Shown piece by piece: positions 49,183 to 58,709 of a stretch of DNA of 64,000 bases. Position numbers and translations under genes: made by a program. How positions within the stretch are numbered: the stretch's first letter is position 1; each line of letters opens with the position of its first letter. The notes beneath the pieces were generated by a model. The model saw only the letters and a program-made list of their open reading frames with translations, made no database searches and was not told the DNA's origin. Origin of the DNA: Gammaproteobacteria bacterium (GTDB taxonomy: Bacteria; Pseudomonadota; Gammaproteobacteria; Eutrophobiales; Eutrophobiaceae); NCBI GenBank assembly GCA_965221695.1, contig OZ244905.1, forward strand, positions 1,696,001-1,760,000. Direction: 5' to 3'.

Positions 49183-50026
49183 ACCGGGCAAGCCCGCGGT
49201 TGAATTTTTGAGGTTCTTCCCGGAACGGCATGTGAGCTGATTGTTCAAATATTGACAGCGTTGCGCGAGAGCATAACTCACGCAACCGCTGTGCCGCATC
49301 GGTAAGGATAAACGGATCATGCAGGCCGTGGATAATCAGCGCAGGTTTACCGAACGCGGCCAGAACATCAGAATTGTCGATTACCCGGTTCATCAGTGCG
49401 GCCCGGACCGCAGGTGCGGTCATCATGGCCTGGGCTGTCAGCAGTTGCAGTTGTGCCGGCGTAACATCTACCACCATGTCCCGAGTACATCTTTGCATAG
49501 CGCGAAATTGTGTGTCCGTATCATCAGCAAATGTATCAGGCATATACTCTGCCGGTCCTGTCCCCAACATGCCGGCCATTTCTTCAATGCCAAGAGCGTG
49601 CATCCCGCTGACCAGAACGATACCTGAAACGTTCTCCTGCCCGTGCCGCCGCAAGTAATCACCGATGATAAGCGCCCCATATGACCAGCCTACCAGCGTC
49701 AGCGAATCCAAGTTGTAGTGATTGATTACCGCCTGCAGATCATCGGCGTACAGACTGCCGTTCGAGTAGTGTTCTTCGCCCACAGGGCATTCCGAGTAAC
49801 CATGCCCGCGCAAGTCAAAGGCTATCAGGTGAAATTGATCTGCCAGCGCGCTGTTGAATTGCTTAACCCACGCTGCATGCGTCTGCGACCAGCCGTGGAT
49901 GAACAGGATAGCCGGCGCATCCGTATTGCCGTTGTCCTTACAATAAAGCCGGATGCCGTCAGCGCCATGCAGGTAGCCATGATTCAACAATACAGTATCC
50001 GACATGTTTTTCTGTGCCGACATATG
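49169..50026 (-). CDS. Alpha/beta hydrolase (non-heme haloperoxidase/arylesterase-like)
   Basis: FIHGWSQ, DLRGHG, GWSYG, HG..D, H.PF.E.P; start uncertain. Confidence 0.85.
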   Translation of the reverse strand, partial: HMSAQKNMSDTVLLNHGYLHGADGIRLYCKDNGNTDAPAILFIHGWSQTHAAWVKQFNSALADQFHLIAFDLRGHGYSECPVGEEHYSNGSLYADDLQAVINHYNLDSLTLVGWSYGALIIGDYLRRHGQENVSGIVLVSGMHALGIEEMAGMLGTGPAEYMPDTFADDTDTQFRAMQRCTRDMVVDVTPAQLQLLTAQAMMTAPAVRAALMNRVIDNSDVLAAFGKPALIIHGLHDPFILTDAAQRLRELCSRATLSIFEQSAHMPFREEPQKFNRGLARFMTP

Positions 50027-50048
50027 GAATGTGATCCGGGCTATGGAT

Positions 50049-50082
50049 AAAAAAACAGGCAACCGGCGCTACCGGTTACCTG
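50049..50082 (-). terminator. Putative intrinsic terminator downstream of TonB receptor
   Basis: Minus strand CAGGTAACCGG-TAGCG-CCGGTTGCCTG followed by a T7 tract. Confidence 0.65.
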
Positions 50083-50118
50083 CCAACACAGTGGCGAGAA
50101 TACATTCGCACCACTTAA

Positions 50119-50147
50119 GAAAACTCTGACTTATTCTCAGAGGTTCC
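50119..50147. repeat. Family A short palindrome (29 bp)
   Basis: TTAA-GAAAACTCTGA-CTTATTC-TCAGAGGTTCC-TAA; abuts the receptor stop codon. Confidence 0.82.
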
Positions 50148-52396
50148 TAAAAATTATATCTTACGTTGGCGCCCCAGGTACGCGGCGGTTGATAAGTGCG
50201 CAAATTTCCGAACGTTGTAGAGCGAAAGCCGTTGCTTTCGGCATCCTCATCGAGCAGGTTGCGGGCATAAGCCGCTATGCTCCACTTGCCGCTGCTGTGG
50301 TCGAATTGCAACCTGGCATTGACGCGCGTGTAGGAATCGCCGCTGTTCAACGGGTCTTTGAAGACTGACCAGTAGCGCTCATCGTCCATGTAATAGTAAT
50401 CGCCGCGCAAGGTTATATTGCCGGACGGCGCCGGCATGGTATACGCAGCCCCGAAACCGAATATGAATTCCGGCGAGCGGGGCAAGGGGTTGCCGCGCTG
50501 GTCGATACTCGGGTTTTGCGGTACGTTGAGGTCAGGCGCCATCAGATCCTTCAGTTCCGTGTCCAGGTAGGAAAACATGCCATCGATCACGAACTGGTCA
50601 GTCACGGCCAGAACCATATCCGCTTCGATGCCGAATACTTCCGCATCGCCGGCGTTGCGCACATTGGCGTAACCCTGGGCGTTGTCGGCCAGGTCTACAT
50701 TCTGGTGGATATTCTCATAATCATAGTAGAAAGCGCTCGCGTTCAAGCGCAGTTTTCCATCTGCCAGGGTGGACTTGAAGCCGCCCTCGAAAGACCAGAT
50801 AGTCTCAGGTTTCACCGCCTCGGGCACAGGACCAAACAGTACGGTATTATAGCCGCCGGATTTGAAGCCGCGGGTGGCGCCGAAGAAAATCATCACGTCC
50901 TCATTCAGGAAAAAATCGATGCCGAACCTGGGGGTAACGCTGTCACTGTCGGTCTCCCCCTGGTAGGCAACCGTTGGCGGGCCACTGGGTTTCGTCGGTC
51001 GGTCGGCAACCAGTTCCGGGCCGGTCATGGCCGGGGTGATGGGTACGAACGAATAACTCTCGAAGTCGATCTCTTTCTCTTCGTCACTGTAACGGATACC
51101 CACATGCGCGCGCAGATGATCGTTGAAGCGGTAGCTGGCCTGGCCAAAGAGCGCCCAGGCAAAGGTATCCAGGTAGGAAAAACCGTGAATAAAGACCGAG
51201 TCGTAAGTGCCGCCTACCGTCGGCCCGACTGCAAATTGACCGAGGCTGAAGGGAAACGGATAGTCATGCAACGCTTCATCATCAAACAGGAACGCTCCGA
51301 CCACCCAGTTCAAGGGCCCATCGCCGGTGGAAGACACCTGGAACTCCTGTTGCAAGAACTCAGAATCGGTAATGGGGTCGTTAAACCCGCCGGCGTTGAT
51401 CTCGGTGAGATCAAAATCCACCTGGTAGCGGTTTTCATCCTCCCGGTAACTGGTCAGGGATTTTATCTCCACGCTGCCCAGGTCCCAGGTAATTTCAGCG
51501 CCCAAGCCCCAGGCTTCCGTTTTGTTATTGGCTGTGACATCGCGGTATGTATCCCTGATATCCGGTAACACCGTGCCGCCGGAAAAAGCGACATACGGGT
51601 TATCGGTTAATGGCGGACTCACGTGGGAAGCGGTGCCGCGGCTGGATTGATCGTCCGTGTAATCGCCGAACAAGCGTATGCTGACAGCATCCGATACCTG
51701 GAACAGCAACTGGGTTCGGAACGACTTCACGTCAGTGGTATCCTCCCCTTTACCGGTAAAACTGTTATCCGTATAACCGTTATTGTCATGGAACAGGCCG
51801 GCAACACGAAACGCGGCGTGCGAGCTGATAGGGACATTCAGCGCGCCCTCTACCCGGACGGTACCATAATTGCCGCCGCCAACATCAATATAACCACCGG
51901 TTTCCTGTTCAGGTTTCCGGCTCAGGAAGTGAATCACGCCGCCGGTCGCGTTTCTGCCGAACAGGGTGCCTTGCGGACCCTTAATCACTTCCACCCGCTC
52001 GGCATCGTAAAAGTCGCTGATAATGGAAGACAGTCTTGGCAAATAAACGCCGTCGATATGCACCGCGGTGGTGGGTTCGAGGCCCGGTGTCAAGGTGTCG
52101 GTGCCGACGCCGCGCACATAAGCGAAACCATGGCCGGCCAGCGGCTCAAGGTGTAGTCCCGGGACCTTGAGTTGAATATCCAGTGTTGACTCGATCCCGA
52201 CTGCTTTCAGTTGCGCATCAGTAAAGGCATTAATGGCGATGGGAACATCCTGCACGGATTCAGCGCGTCTTTGCGCCGTGACAACAATCTCTTCCAGCAG
52301 AGCGGAACGCTGTGCTGATACCGATGAAGCGCCGGAAACCGCTGCTACAATACACAATATCTGAAACAAGCTATTGTTTGACATAGGTTTTAACAT
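50147..52396 (-). CDS. TonB-dependent receptor
   Basis: LEEIVVTAQRR, VIKGPQGTLFGRN, C-terminal YNF; start 52396 or 52384. Confidence 0.94.
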   Translation of the reverse strand: MLKPMSNNSLFQILCIVAAVSGASSVSAQRSALLEEIVVTAQRRAESVQDVPIAINAFTDAQLKAVGIESTLDIQLKVPGLHLEPLAGHGFAYVRGVGTDTLTPGLEPTTAVHIDGVYLPRLSSIISDFYDAERVEVIKGPQGTLFGRNATGGVIHFLSRKPEQETGGYIDVGGGNYGTVRVEGALNVPISSHAAFRVAGLFHDNNGYTDNSFTGKGEDTTDVKSFRTQLLFQVSDAVSIRLFGDYTDDQSSRGTASHVSPPLTDNPYVAFSGGTVLPDIRDTYRDVTANNKTEAWGLGAEITWDLGSVEIKSLTSYREDENRYQVDFDLTEINAGGFNDPITDSEFLQQEFQVSSTGDGPLNWVVGAFLFDDEALHDYPFPFSLGQFAVGPTVGGTYDSVFIHGFSYLDTFAWALFGQASYRFNDHLRAHVGIRYSDEEKEIDFESYSFVPITPAMTGPELVADRPTKPSGPPTVAYQGETDSDSVTPRFGIDFFLNEDVMIFFGATRGFKSGGYNTVLFGPVPEAVKPETIWSFEGGFKSTLADGKLRLNASAFYYDYENIHQNVDLADNAQGYANVRNAGDAEVFGIEADMVLAVTDQFVIDGMFSYLDTELKDLMAPDLNVPQNPSIDQRGNPLPRSPEFIFGFGAAYTMPAPSGNITLRGDYYYMDDERYWSVFKDPLNSGDSYTRVNARLQFDHSSGKWSIAAYARNLLDEDAESNGFRSTTFGNLRTYQPPRTWGANVRYNF

Positions 52397-52554
52397 AACT
52401 GCTTTCCCCAGGCTGAAAATGAATAAAAAACCGTTGAAATAATTTGTAAGTAAGTACCTGTCTATATAAACTAATTGTACAGGTTTATTGCTTGAAATGC
52501 AACATTGTTGCATAATATTCCAATTTTTTGGATCAATAATAATAGGAATTCCAA

Positions 52555-53175
52555 GTGTCACACCGAGCAAACGCTGTTCTTCCAAGCCCTCTGGCCCATG
52601 ATGACTGGCAATATGTTGAAAAACGTCGCCTGGATGATTATCGGGCGGAAGATTGGGAGATTTTGGACCGTCAGCGTAAACAGTATTACGATGAGCAGAT
52701 GGTGGACCAGATATTACGTATGCTGACCTGCCAGAAAGACGATCAGGGTTATGTATATACGGTGAACAACTACCTTCATTGCCTGCAAACAGCGACCCGT
52801 ATGCTGCGTGACCAACGATCAGAAGAGGACATTGTTGTCGGCCTGTTTCACGATGTCGGATTTATTACCTGTAACCAAACCCATGGGGAGTTTGCCGCCA
52901 CCTTGTTGCGTCCCTATATCTCGGAGCGAAATTACTGGATGCTGGTGCGTCACGCGGTTTTTCAGCAATATCATTTCTACGAACTCGACGGTTGTGATCG
53001 GAACGAACGGGATAAGTGGAAAGGTCATCCCCACTTTGCATGGACAGCGGAATTTGTCGACAAATATGACCAGACGACGATTAACTATGATGAAGAGATA
53101 TTGCCTATCGATGCCTTCGATACGATGGTAAGACGGCTTTTTGCAAAACCGCCGCGTAACATAGTTTACGACTGA
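52555..53175 (+). CDS. HD-domain metalloprotein (predicted phosphohydrolase/PhnZ-like)
   Basis: HCLQTA...LFHDVG...THG...RHAVFQ...KYDQ. Confidence 0.8.
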   Translation: MSHRANAVLPSPLAHDDWQYVEKRRLDDYRAEDWEILDRQRKQYYDEQMVDQILRMLTCQKDDQGYVYTVNNYLHCLQTATRMLRDQRSEEDIVVGLFHDVGFITCNQTHGEFAATLLRPYISERNYWMLVRHAVFQQYHFYELDGCDRNERDKWKGHPHFAWTAEFVDKYDQTTINYDEEILPIDAFDTMVRRLFAKPPRNIVYD

Positions 53176-53747
53176 TGAGCGCGTGGATAAAAATGATCCC
53201 TGAAAATGAGGCGGCAGGGGTATTGAAGGAGATGTACGCTGAAGCCATGACGCCGCATGGAACGGTTGATAACGTAATGAAAGTGCATTCGCTGCGACCG
53301 CATACCCTGCACGGCCACGTAACCCTGTACAAAAGCGTGTTGCACCATCCTGATATAACCCTTCCCCTGTGGTTCCTGGAAGTGGTTGCCTCGTATACCA
53401 GTATCAAAAACCACTGTGATTACAGCCTGGCCCACCACTTCATGAACGCACGCAAACTGATCAATGACCCACCGCGCGCCGAAGACATCTATAATGCCCT
53501 CAAGGAAGACCGGCCGGAGGCGGTATTTACCGGGAAAGAACTGGCCTTGCTCCGGTATGCGGCAAAACTGACGACAGGTGTCGCAACCATGACCGAGGAT
53601 GATGTTATAACATTACGCAATGCCGGTTGTGATGACGGTGAAATTCTGGAAGTCAACCAGGTTGTTGCGTATTTCAATTATTCAAACCGGTTACTCAACG
53701 GCCTGGGGGTGACTACAGAAGGAGATGCCATTGGTTACTATAAATAA
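53175..53747 (+). CDS. AhpD/CMD-like peroxidase-related protein
   Basis: VHSLRPH, NHCDYSLAHH, VVAYFNYSNR; translationally coupled to the HD gene. Confidence 0.85.
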   Translation: MSAWIKMIPENEAAGVLKEMYAEAMTPHGTVDNVMKVHSLRPHTLHGHVTLYKSVLHHPDITLPLWFLEVVASYTSIKNHCDYSLAHHFMNARKLINDPPRAEDIYNALKEDRPEAVFTGKELALLRYAAKLTTGVATMTEDDVITLRNAGCDDGEILEVNQVVAYFNYSNRLLNGLGVTTEGDAIGYYK

Positions 53748-53782
53748 CCCGGTTTAAACATAAATGAACAGCGCCCTGCTTA

Positions 53783-53998
53783 CCCCGTCGGTATGTAGCT
53801 GTTGGCTCAAGGCCAGGTCATGCCTCCGTACCACTCCCATAACAGCGGGAATCCTGTCAAATTCCGTGTCGCCCGGAGGGCAGCCCTTTACCACTCCCGC
53901 GAAAGCGGGAGTCCAGTCAAATGCTGTGTCGCCCAAAGGGCGACCCTTTGTTTCACTGGCTTCCCGTTTGCACAGGAATGGTACGGAGCATAGGTCAG
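53783..53998 (+). repeat. Family C REPIN-like element (two direct units plus one inverted)
   Basis: CCACTCCCATAACAGCGGGAATCCTG, CCACTCCCGCGAAAGCGGGAGTCCAG (53891-53916), inverted CTGGCTTCCCGTTTGCACAGGAATGG. Confidence 0.8.
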
Positions 53999-54029
53999 CC
54001 AATATAATTTGCACAGCAAATTCATAACA

Positions 54030-55064
54030 GTGTATCTGAGAAACACCTGGTATGTCGCTGCGCTGAGCGGTGAAGTCAACCGCAATTTGAAACCCTTGCG
54101 CATTCTCGGCGAGGACATCGTGATTTACCGCACCCAGGCGGGAAAACCTGTGGCCCTGGAGGATGCCTGCCCACATCGCAAACTACCTTTATCGAAAGGC
54201 GTTTTGCAAGAAGATGACGTGCAATGCGGTTATCACGGCCTGACGTTTCATCCTACCGGCAAGTGTGTCGCCGCGCCGACCCAGGACAGGATCCCGCCAT
54301 CAGCGGCAGTACGCAGCTATCCGGCCACCGATAAATGGGGCCTGGTTTGGATCTGGATGGGTAATCCTGCCCTTGTCGATGAGACAAAAATTCTTGAGAT
54401 CGACAACTATGACAACCCGAGCTGGAAGATCACCGCCGGCGATATGTTGGCCTGCCAATGCCACTATTTATACCTTGTCGATAACCTGCTGGATCCATCT
54501 CATGTCGCCTGGGTGCATCAATCGTCTTTTGCTGCGCCGGGCACGGACGTTACCCCGCTGGAAACACAGGAAACCGATAGCGGGTTAATCGTGTCCAGGT
54601 GGATATATGACTGCAAGCCGCCGCCGTTTTATGCGCCGCTGGTTAAATTCAATGGGAACTGCGACCGCTTGCAACATTATGAGGTCCGTTACCCTTCCAT
54701 TGCCATCAACAAGTCGGTATTTTCACCCGCCGGACAGGGAGGCCATGACAAACCTCTGACCGACCACTCTTACGTAATGATTTCTTACAACTTCCTGACG
54801 CCTGTGGATGAGAACGCCACCCGTTACCATTGGCTGCAACACCGCAATACCGATCCCGCTGATGAAGAGGTAACCCGGAATATTGCTGAGGGAGCCAGAA
54901 AAGCATTCCTTGAGGACCGGGAAATCCTCGAAGCCGTGCACAAGGGGATAGCCAATGAAACCAGCCGGCATATCAACCTGGGTCTGGACGCTGGTCCGTT
55001 GAGATTCCGCAGGATGCTGGACAGCATGATCTGCGCGGAACAGGCGGGCACGCCAGCGCAATGA
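54030..55064 (+). CDS. Rieske monooxygenase, VanA-like O/N-demethylase family
   Basis: YLRNTWY, CPHRKLPLS, CGYHG, DNLLDPSHVAWVH, FLEDREILE; GTG start inferred. Confidence 0.9.
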   Translation: MYLRNTWYVAALSGEVNRNLKPLRILGEDIVIYRTQAGKPVALEDACPHRKLPLSKGVLQEDDVQCGYHGLTFHPTGKCVAAPTQDRIPPSAAVRSYPATDKWGLVWIWMGNPALVDETKILEIDNYDNPSWKITAGDMLACQCHYLYLVDNLLDPSHVAWVHQSSFAAPGTDVTPLETQETDSGLIVSRWIYDCKPPPFYAPLVKFNGNCDRLQHYEVRYPSIAINKSVFSPAGQGGHDKPLTDHSYVMISYNFLTPVDENATRYHWLQHRNTDPADEEVTRNIAEGARKAFLEDREILEAVHKGIANETSRHINLGLDAGPLRFRRMLDSMICAEQAGTPAQ

Positions 55065-55107
55065 AAACTGCCACAGGCGTGATGAAATAAACAGGGAAAG
55101 ATAAATC

Positions 55108-55830
55108 ATGAAAGTCAATATCGGGAACGCGGTGGGTCCCATATACCAGCGGATTAAATCCCATATCATTGCGCGCATAAAAGATGGCGACTGGCCGCCG
55201 GCGTACCAACTCCCGTCCGAAAACGAGCTGGTCAGCAGTCTCCAGATATCAAGGATGACGATAAACCGCGCATTGCGCGAACTTGCCAATGAAGGTTACC
55301 TGACCCGAATTCCGGGTGTCGGCACCTTCGTTGCGGAGATACACAGCCGCAGTCACTTCCTTGAAATCAATAACATTGCTGATGAAGTCCGGGAACGCAA
55401 ACATGACTATTCCGCGAAAGTCATTCTGAACAGGCGAGACAAGTTGACCAATGAAACCGCTGAACGAATCCAGATGGCGCCTGGCAGCATGGCATTTCAT
55501 TCGATCATCGTGCATGAGGAAAACAATATCCCGATCCAGGTGGAAGACCGTTACGTGAATCCACAAGTTGTCCCCGGTTATAGCGAGGTTGATTTTACCC
55601 GGACCACGCCGACCGAATACCTGTTGAAAACTGCCCCGTTGCAGGAGGTTGAACATACGGTACAGGCGCGTATGCCCGCTGTTAGCATCGGGCAACTGTT
55701 ACAACTGAAAGAAAACGAACCTTGCCTGGTTTTGTTGCGGCGCACCTGGAGTCAGGGGAAAATTGCCTCGATTGCCACACTGTATCACCCCGGAAGCCGG
55801 TATGAACTCAGCGACCATTTCAAGACATGA
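55108..55830 (+). CDS. hutC: Histidine utilization repressor
   Basis: GntR HTH (PSENELV...SRMTINRALREL), UTRA domain, LYHPGSRY. Confidence 0.93.
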   Translation: MKVNIGNAVGPIYQRIKSHIIARIKDGDWPPAYQLPSENELVSSLQISRMTINRALRELANEGYLTRIPGVGTFVAEIHSRSHFLEINNIADEVRERKHDYSAKVILNRRDKLTNETAERIQMAPGSMAFHSIIVHEENNIPIQVEDRYVNPQVVPGYSEVDFTRTTPTEYLLKTAPLQEVEHTVQARMPAVSIGQLLQLKENEPCLVLLRRTWSQGKIASIATLYHPGSRYELSDHFKT

Positions 55831-55899
55831 GATTCATTACAGAAACCTCGAAAAATTCCATTCTTCACATTTCCTTATGCAATACCGCATCTGTCAGAA

Positions 55900-57144
55900 A
55901 TGAATAACGGCGAATATATCCTTCCCGGGATGCCGAACCTGCACAGCCATGCTTTTCAACGGGCCATGGCGGGCCAGGCAGAACAGGCAGTTAAAGGCAG
56001 GAATGATTTCTGGTCGTGGCGAAAAAAAATGTACGACTACGCGAAGCGCGTAACTCCCGAGCAATTACACGCTATTACTGCGCAACTGTTTATGGAAATG
56101 CTGAAAAGCGGTTATACGTCGGTGGCCGAATTTCATTACCTGCATCACACCGGACAACGCCGGCCCGGCGCGCCGTCGACGGAAATGGCGGATGCGGTTA
56201 TCGCTGCAGCCGAGGAGACCGGCATAGGTTTGACTCTGCTGCCGGTACTATACATGACGGCTGATTTTGACCGGCCGGACCCCCTACCGGAACAGGCCAG
56301 GTTTATCAATGACACAGACAGCTTTGTTTCCTTGTTCGCTTCCCTGAGAAGCAAGCAAAGTGGCAACATGAAGACCGGCGTGGCCTTTCACAGCCTGCGC
56401 GCGGCGCCTGAGCAGAGTTTACATGAAGTTCTGAGGCTGCTCGCCGAGGAGAATATCGACTGTCCAATCCACATCCATATCGCAGAAACGCTGGGGGAAG
56501 TCGAGGCCTGCAGGAGGTTTTATGGCCTGACCCCGGTACAGTGGTTGTTTGAAAATATCGATATCGACCGCCGCTGGTGCCTGGTTCATGCTACCCACCT
56601 GTCGGATTGGGAGCTTAAACGGTTGGCCTCGAGCGATTGTGTTGTCGGGTTGTGTCCTACCACTGAAGCCAACCTGGGAGATGGGATTTTCAGGTTCGAG
56701 GAATTTTTATCGAATGATGGAAAATTCGGCATCGGTTCGGACAGCAACATCTCCGTCAGCCCTGTTGAAGAGCTGAGGTGGCTGGAATACGGTCAGCGTC
56801 TCATCACACACAGGAGGAACGTCAGCGTATCCGGCGCTGAATCCCATGTGGGAAATTTTCTCTGGGACAGCGCTGTGCGCGGCGGTGGCCGGGCGCTCGA
56901 TCTCGGAAGCGGCAATCATCACGCGGCGCAGCAATCAGATGTAATCGTACTTAACCGGGAACACCCGTTACTTTATCGCAAATCCGAGTGTGACATGCTT
57001 GATTCATTCGTGTTCAGTGGCAACGACAATCCAATCAGGGACGTGATGGCCGGCGGTAAGTGGGTTGTCAGGGACGGTGTTCATTTCCATGAGCAGGAAA
57101 TTACTGCGCGCTACAAAAAAACCATCAGGGCTATGAACGAATAA
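55900..57144 (+). CDS. hutF: Formiminoglutamate deiminase
   Basis: PGMPNLHSHAFQRAMAG, EFHYLHH, HSLRA, CPTTEANLGDG. Confidence 0.95.
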   Translation: MNNGEYILPGMPNLHSHAFQRAMAGQAEQAVKGRNDFWSWRKKMYDYAKRVTPEQLHAITAQLFMEMLKSGYTSVAEFHYLHHTGQRRPGAPSTEMADAVIAAAEETGIGLTLLPVLYMTADFDRPDPLPEQARFINDTDSFVSLFASLRSKQSGNMKTGVAFHSLRAAPEQSLHEVLRLLAEENIDCPIHIHIAETLGEVEACRRFYGLTPVQWLFENIDIDRRWCLVHATHLSDWELKRLASSDCVVGLCPTTEANLGDGIFRFEEFLSNDGKFGIGSDSNISVSPVEELRWLEYGQRLITHRRNVSVSGAESHVGNFLWDSAVRGGGRALDLGSGNHHAAQQSDVIVLNREHPLLYRKSECDMLDSFVFSGNDNPIRDVMAGGKWVVRDGVHFHEQEITARYKKTIRAMNE

Positions 57145-57201
57145 CAGCCCGTCATGACAAAACCGGACGGAATTCAATACCTTCAGGTTGCGTTATTCTA
57201 A

Positions 57202-57352
57202 GGAAACTCTGACTTAGTCAGAGCTTCCTGCGATACAGGGATGTATCGACAAAATCAGTGACGAAAAGTCATTGATTTTGAGAGCAAAACAAAAATCGCA
57301 TTTTTGTTTTGCGTGCTCTGACAAGTCCAGGATGGACTTGTTCAGAGCTTCC
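57202..57352 (+). mobile_element. Family A long element, 151 bp, copy 3
   Basis: CTAA direct repeat on both flanks; supplies the last codons and stop of hutI. Confidence 0.9.
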
Positions 57353-58580
57353 CTAACTGAATTCTGCCATTCTTGATAATGTGCAGGCAAGGATTGCTGC
57401 CAACCATGTACGCCAGTTCTGCTGGATGTTCGATATCCCAGACGACAAAATCAGCCCTTTTTCCGGATTCCAGCGTCCCCCTGTCATCATGCAAACCCAA
57501 GGCCCGTGCGGCGTTGCGCGTGACTCCCGCGAGGGCCTCCTCTATGGTAAGAGAGAATAACGTGCAGGCCATATTCAGTATCAGTAATAATGACAGTACC
57601 GGTGATGAACCCGGGTTGGCATCTGTCGCGATAGCGATTGGCACCTGATAATGGCGCAACAGTTCGACGGCCGGTTTCCTCGTTTCCTTCAGTATATAAA
57701 ATGCCCCGGGAAGCAGGACTGCAACGACGCCTGAACGGGCAAGCGCAGCGACGCCGGCTTCCGATGTATATTCAAGATGGTCAGCAGACAAAGCCTGATA
57801 ACGCGCCGCCAGAGCCGCACCGTTCAGGTCTGATAATTGATCAGCGTGTAGTTTTATATCCATGCCCAGATCCTTCGCCCTGTCGAAGATCGGCTCAATT
57901 TCTTCCGGGCTGAAAGCTATGGTCTCGCAAAAACCGTCTACCGCATCGGCCAGGTTTTCCCGGGAAACCTGCGGCAACATTTTATCGGCAACAAGCCGGA
58001 CATAGGCGGCGCGATCCGAAGCGTACTCAGGAGGCAGCGCATGAGCGCCCAGGAATGTGGTTTTTACGTCCAACTGAGGGTCCTCGTCTCCGAGCAGCCT
58101 CGCCACCCGCAACATCTTTAACTCGGTTTCAACATTCAGACCGTAGCCCGACTTGATTTCGATTGTCGTGATGCCTTCGCGTTTTAGCGCTGCGGCCCGC
58201 TTTTTCGTTGCAGCCAGCAAGTCTTTTTCTGATGCATTGCGCGTGGCGTTGACCGTAGACAGTATACCGCCGCCCGCCTGTTGTAATTCCTGATAGGTGG
58301 CGCCCTTGAGCCGGAGTTCAAATTCCCTGGCGCGGTTGCCCCCATAGACAAGATGGGTATGGCAGTCGATCAGGCCGGGCGTGATGCAGCGTCTTCTTGC
58401 ATCAATCAGTTCGGGGGTTGTGGTGTGGGCATCTATGGGCAGCTCTTCCATCGGGCCCACCCAGCTTATGCGGTCGCCGGTGACGGCAATAGCCCCATTT
58501 TCGAGCATGCCGTACTCGGCTTTTCCCGTTGTCATGGTAGCCAGCCGGGCATTGACCCACAGGCAATCCCAATCATTCAT
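57342..58580 (-). CDS. hutI: Imidazolonepropionase
   Basis: PGLIDCHTHLV, EIKSGYGL, KLHADQL, SADHLE, ATDANPGSSP. Confidence 0.96.
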   Translation of the reverse strand: MNDWDCLWVNARLATMTTGKAEYGMLENGAIAVTGDRISWVGPMEELPIDAHTTTPELIDARRRCITPGLIDCHTHLVYGGNRAREFELRLKGATYQELQQAGGGILSTVNATRNASEKDLLAATKKRAAALKREGITTIEIKSGYGLNVETELKMLRVARLLGDEDPQLDVKTTFLGAHALPPEYASDRAAYVRLVADKMLPQVSRENLADAVDGFCETIAFSPEEIEPIFDRAKDLGMDIKLHADQLSDLNGAALAARYQALSADHLEYTSEAGVAALARSGVVAVLLPGAFYILKETRKPAVELLRHYQVPIAIATDANPGSSPVLSLLLILNMACTLFSLTIEEALAGVTRNAARALGLHDDRGTLESGKRADFVVWDIEHPAELAYMVGSNPCLHIIKNGRIQLGKL

Positions 58581-58646
58581 TGATATTAACCGATCGGTGT
58601 TTCATATTTGCAGCAATTGTATTATTATTGTATATATGTATGTAAT

Positions 58647-58656
58647 TGTATATACA
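58647..58656. promoter_or_regulatory. HutC operator
   Basis: TGTATATACA palindrome (TGTA-N2-TACA) in the hutI/hutU divergent region; degenerate second site at about 58628-58640. Confidence 0.8.
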
Positions 58657-58709
58657 TTATAGCAAAACAGAAGCAACTCTTGCCCTGTTGGTTTTTTCGG
58701 AGGAAGAAA

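Noticed and set aside
55831-55930. HutF lacking the longer N-terminus seen in Pseudomonas, suggesting a frameshift
   Set aside because: All catalytic motifs are intact, the upstream frame I translated shows no HutF-like sequence, and I recall short N-termini in other gammaproteobacterial HutF
2799-57356. Family A palindromes as a CRISPR array or integron attC sites
   Set aside because: Dispersed kilobases apart, no regular spacers, no cas or intI genes, no RYYYAAC/GTTRRRY ends, and modules are multi-gene with mixed orientation
58608-58709. Upstream extension of hutU in the ORF track
   Set aside because: Covers the AT-rich operator region; the GGAGG RBS supports ATG 58710
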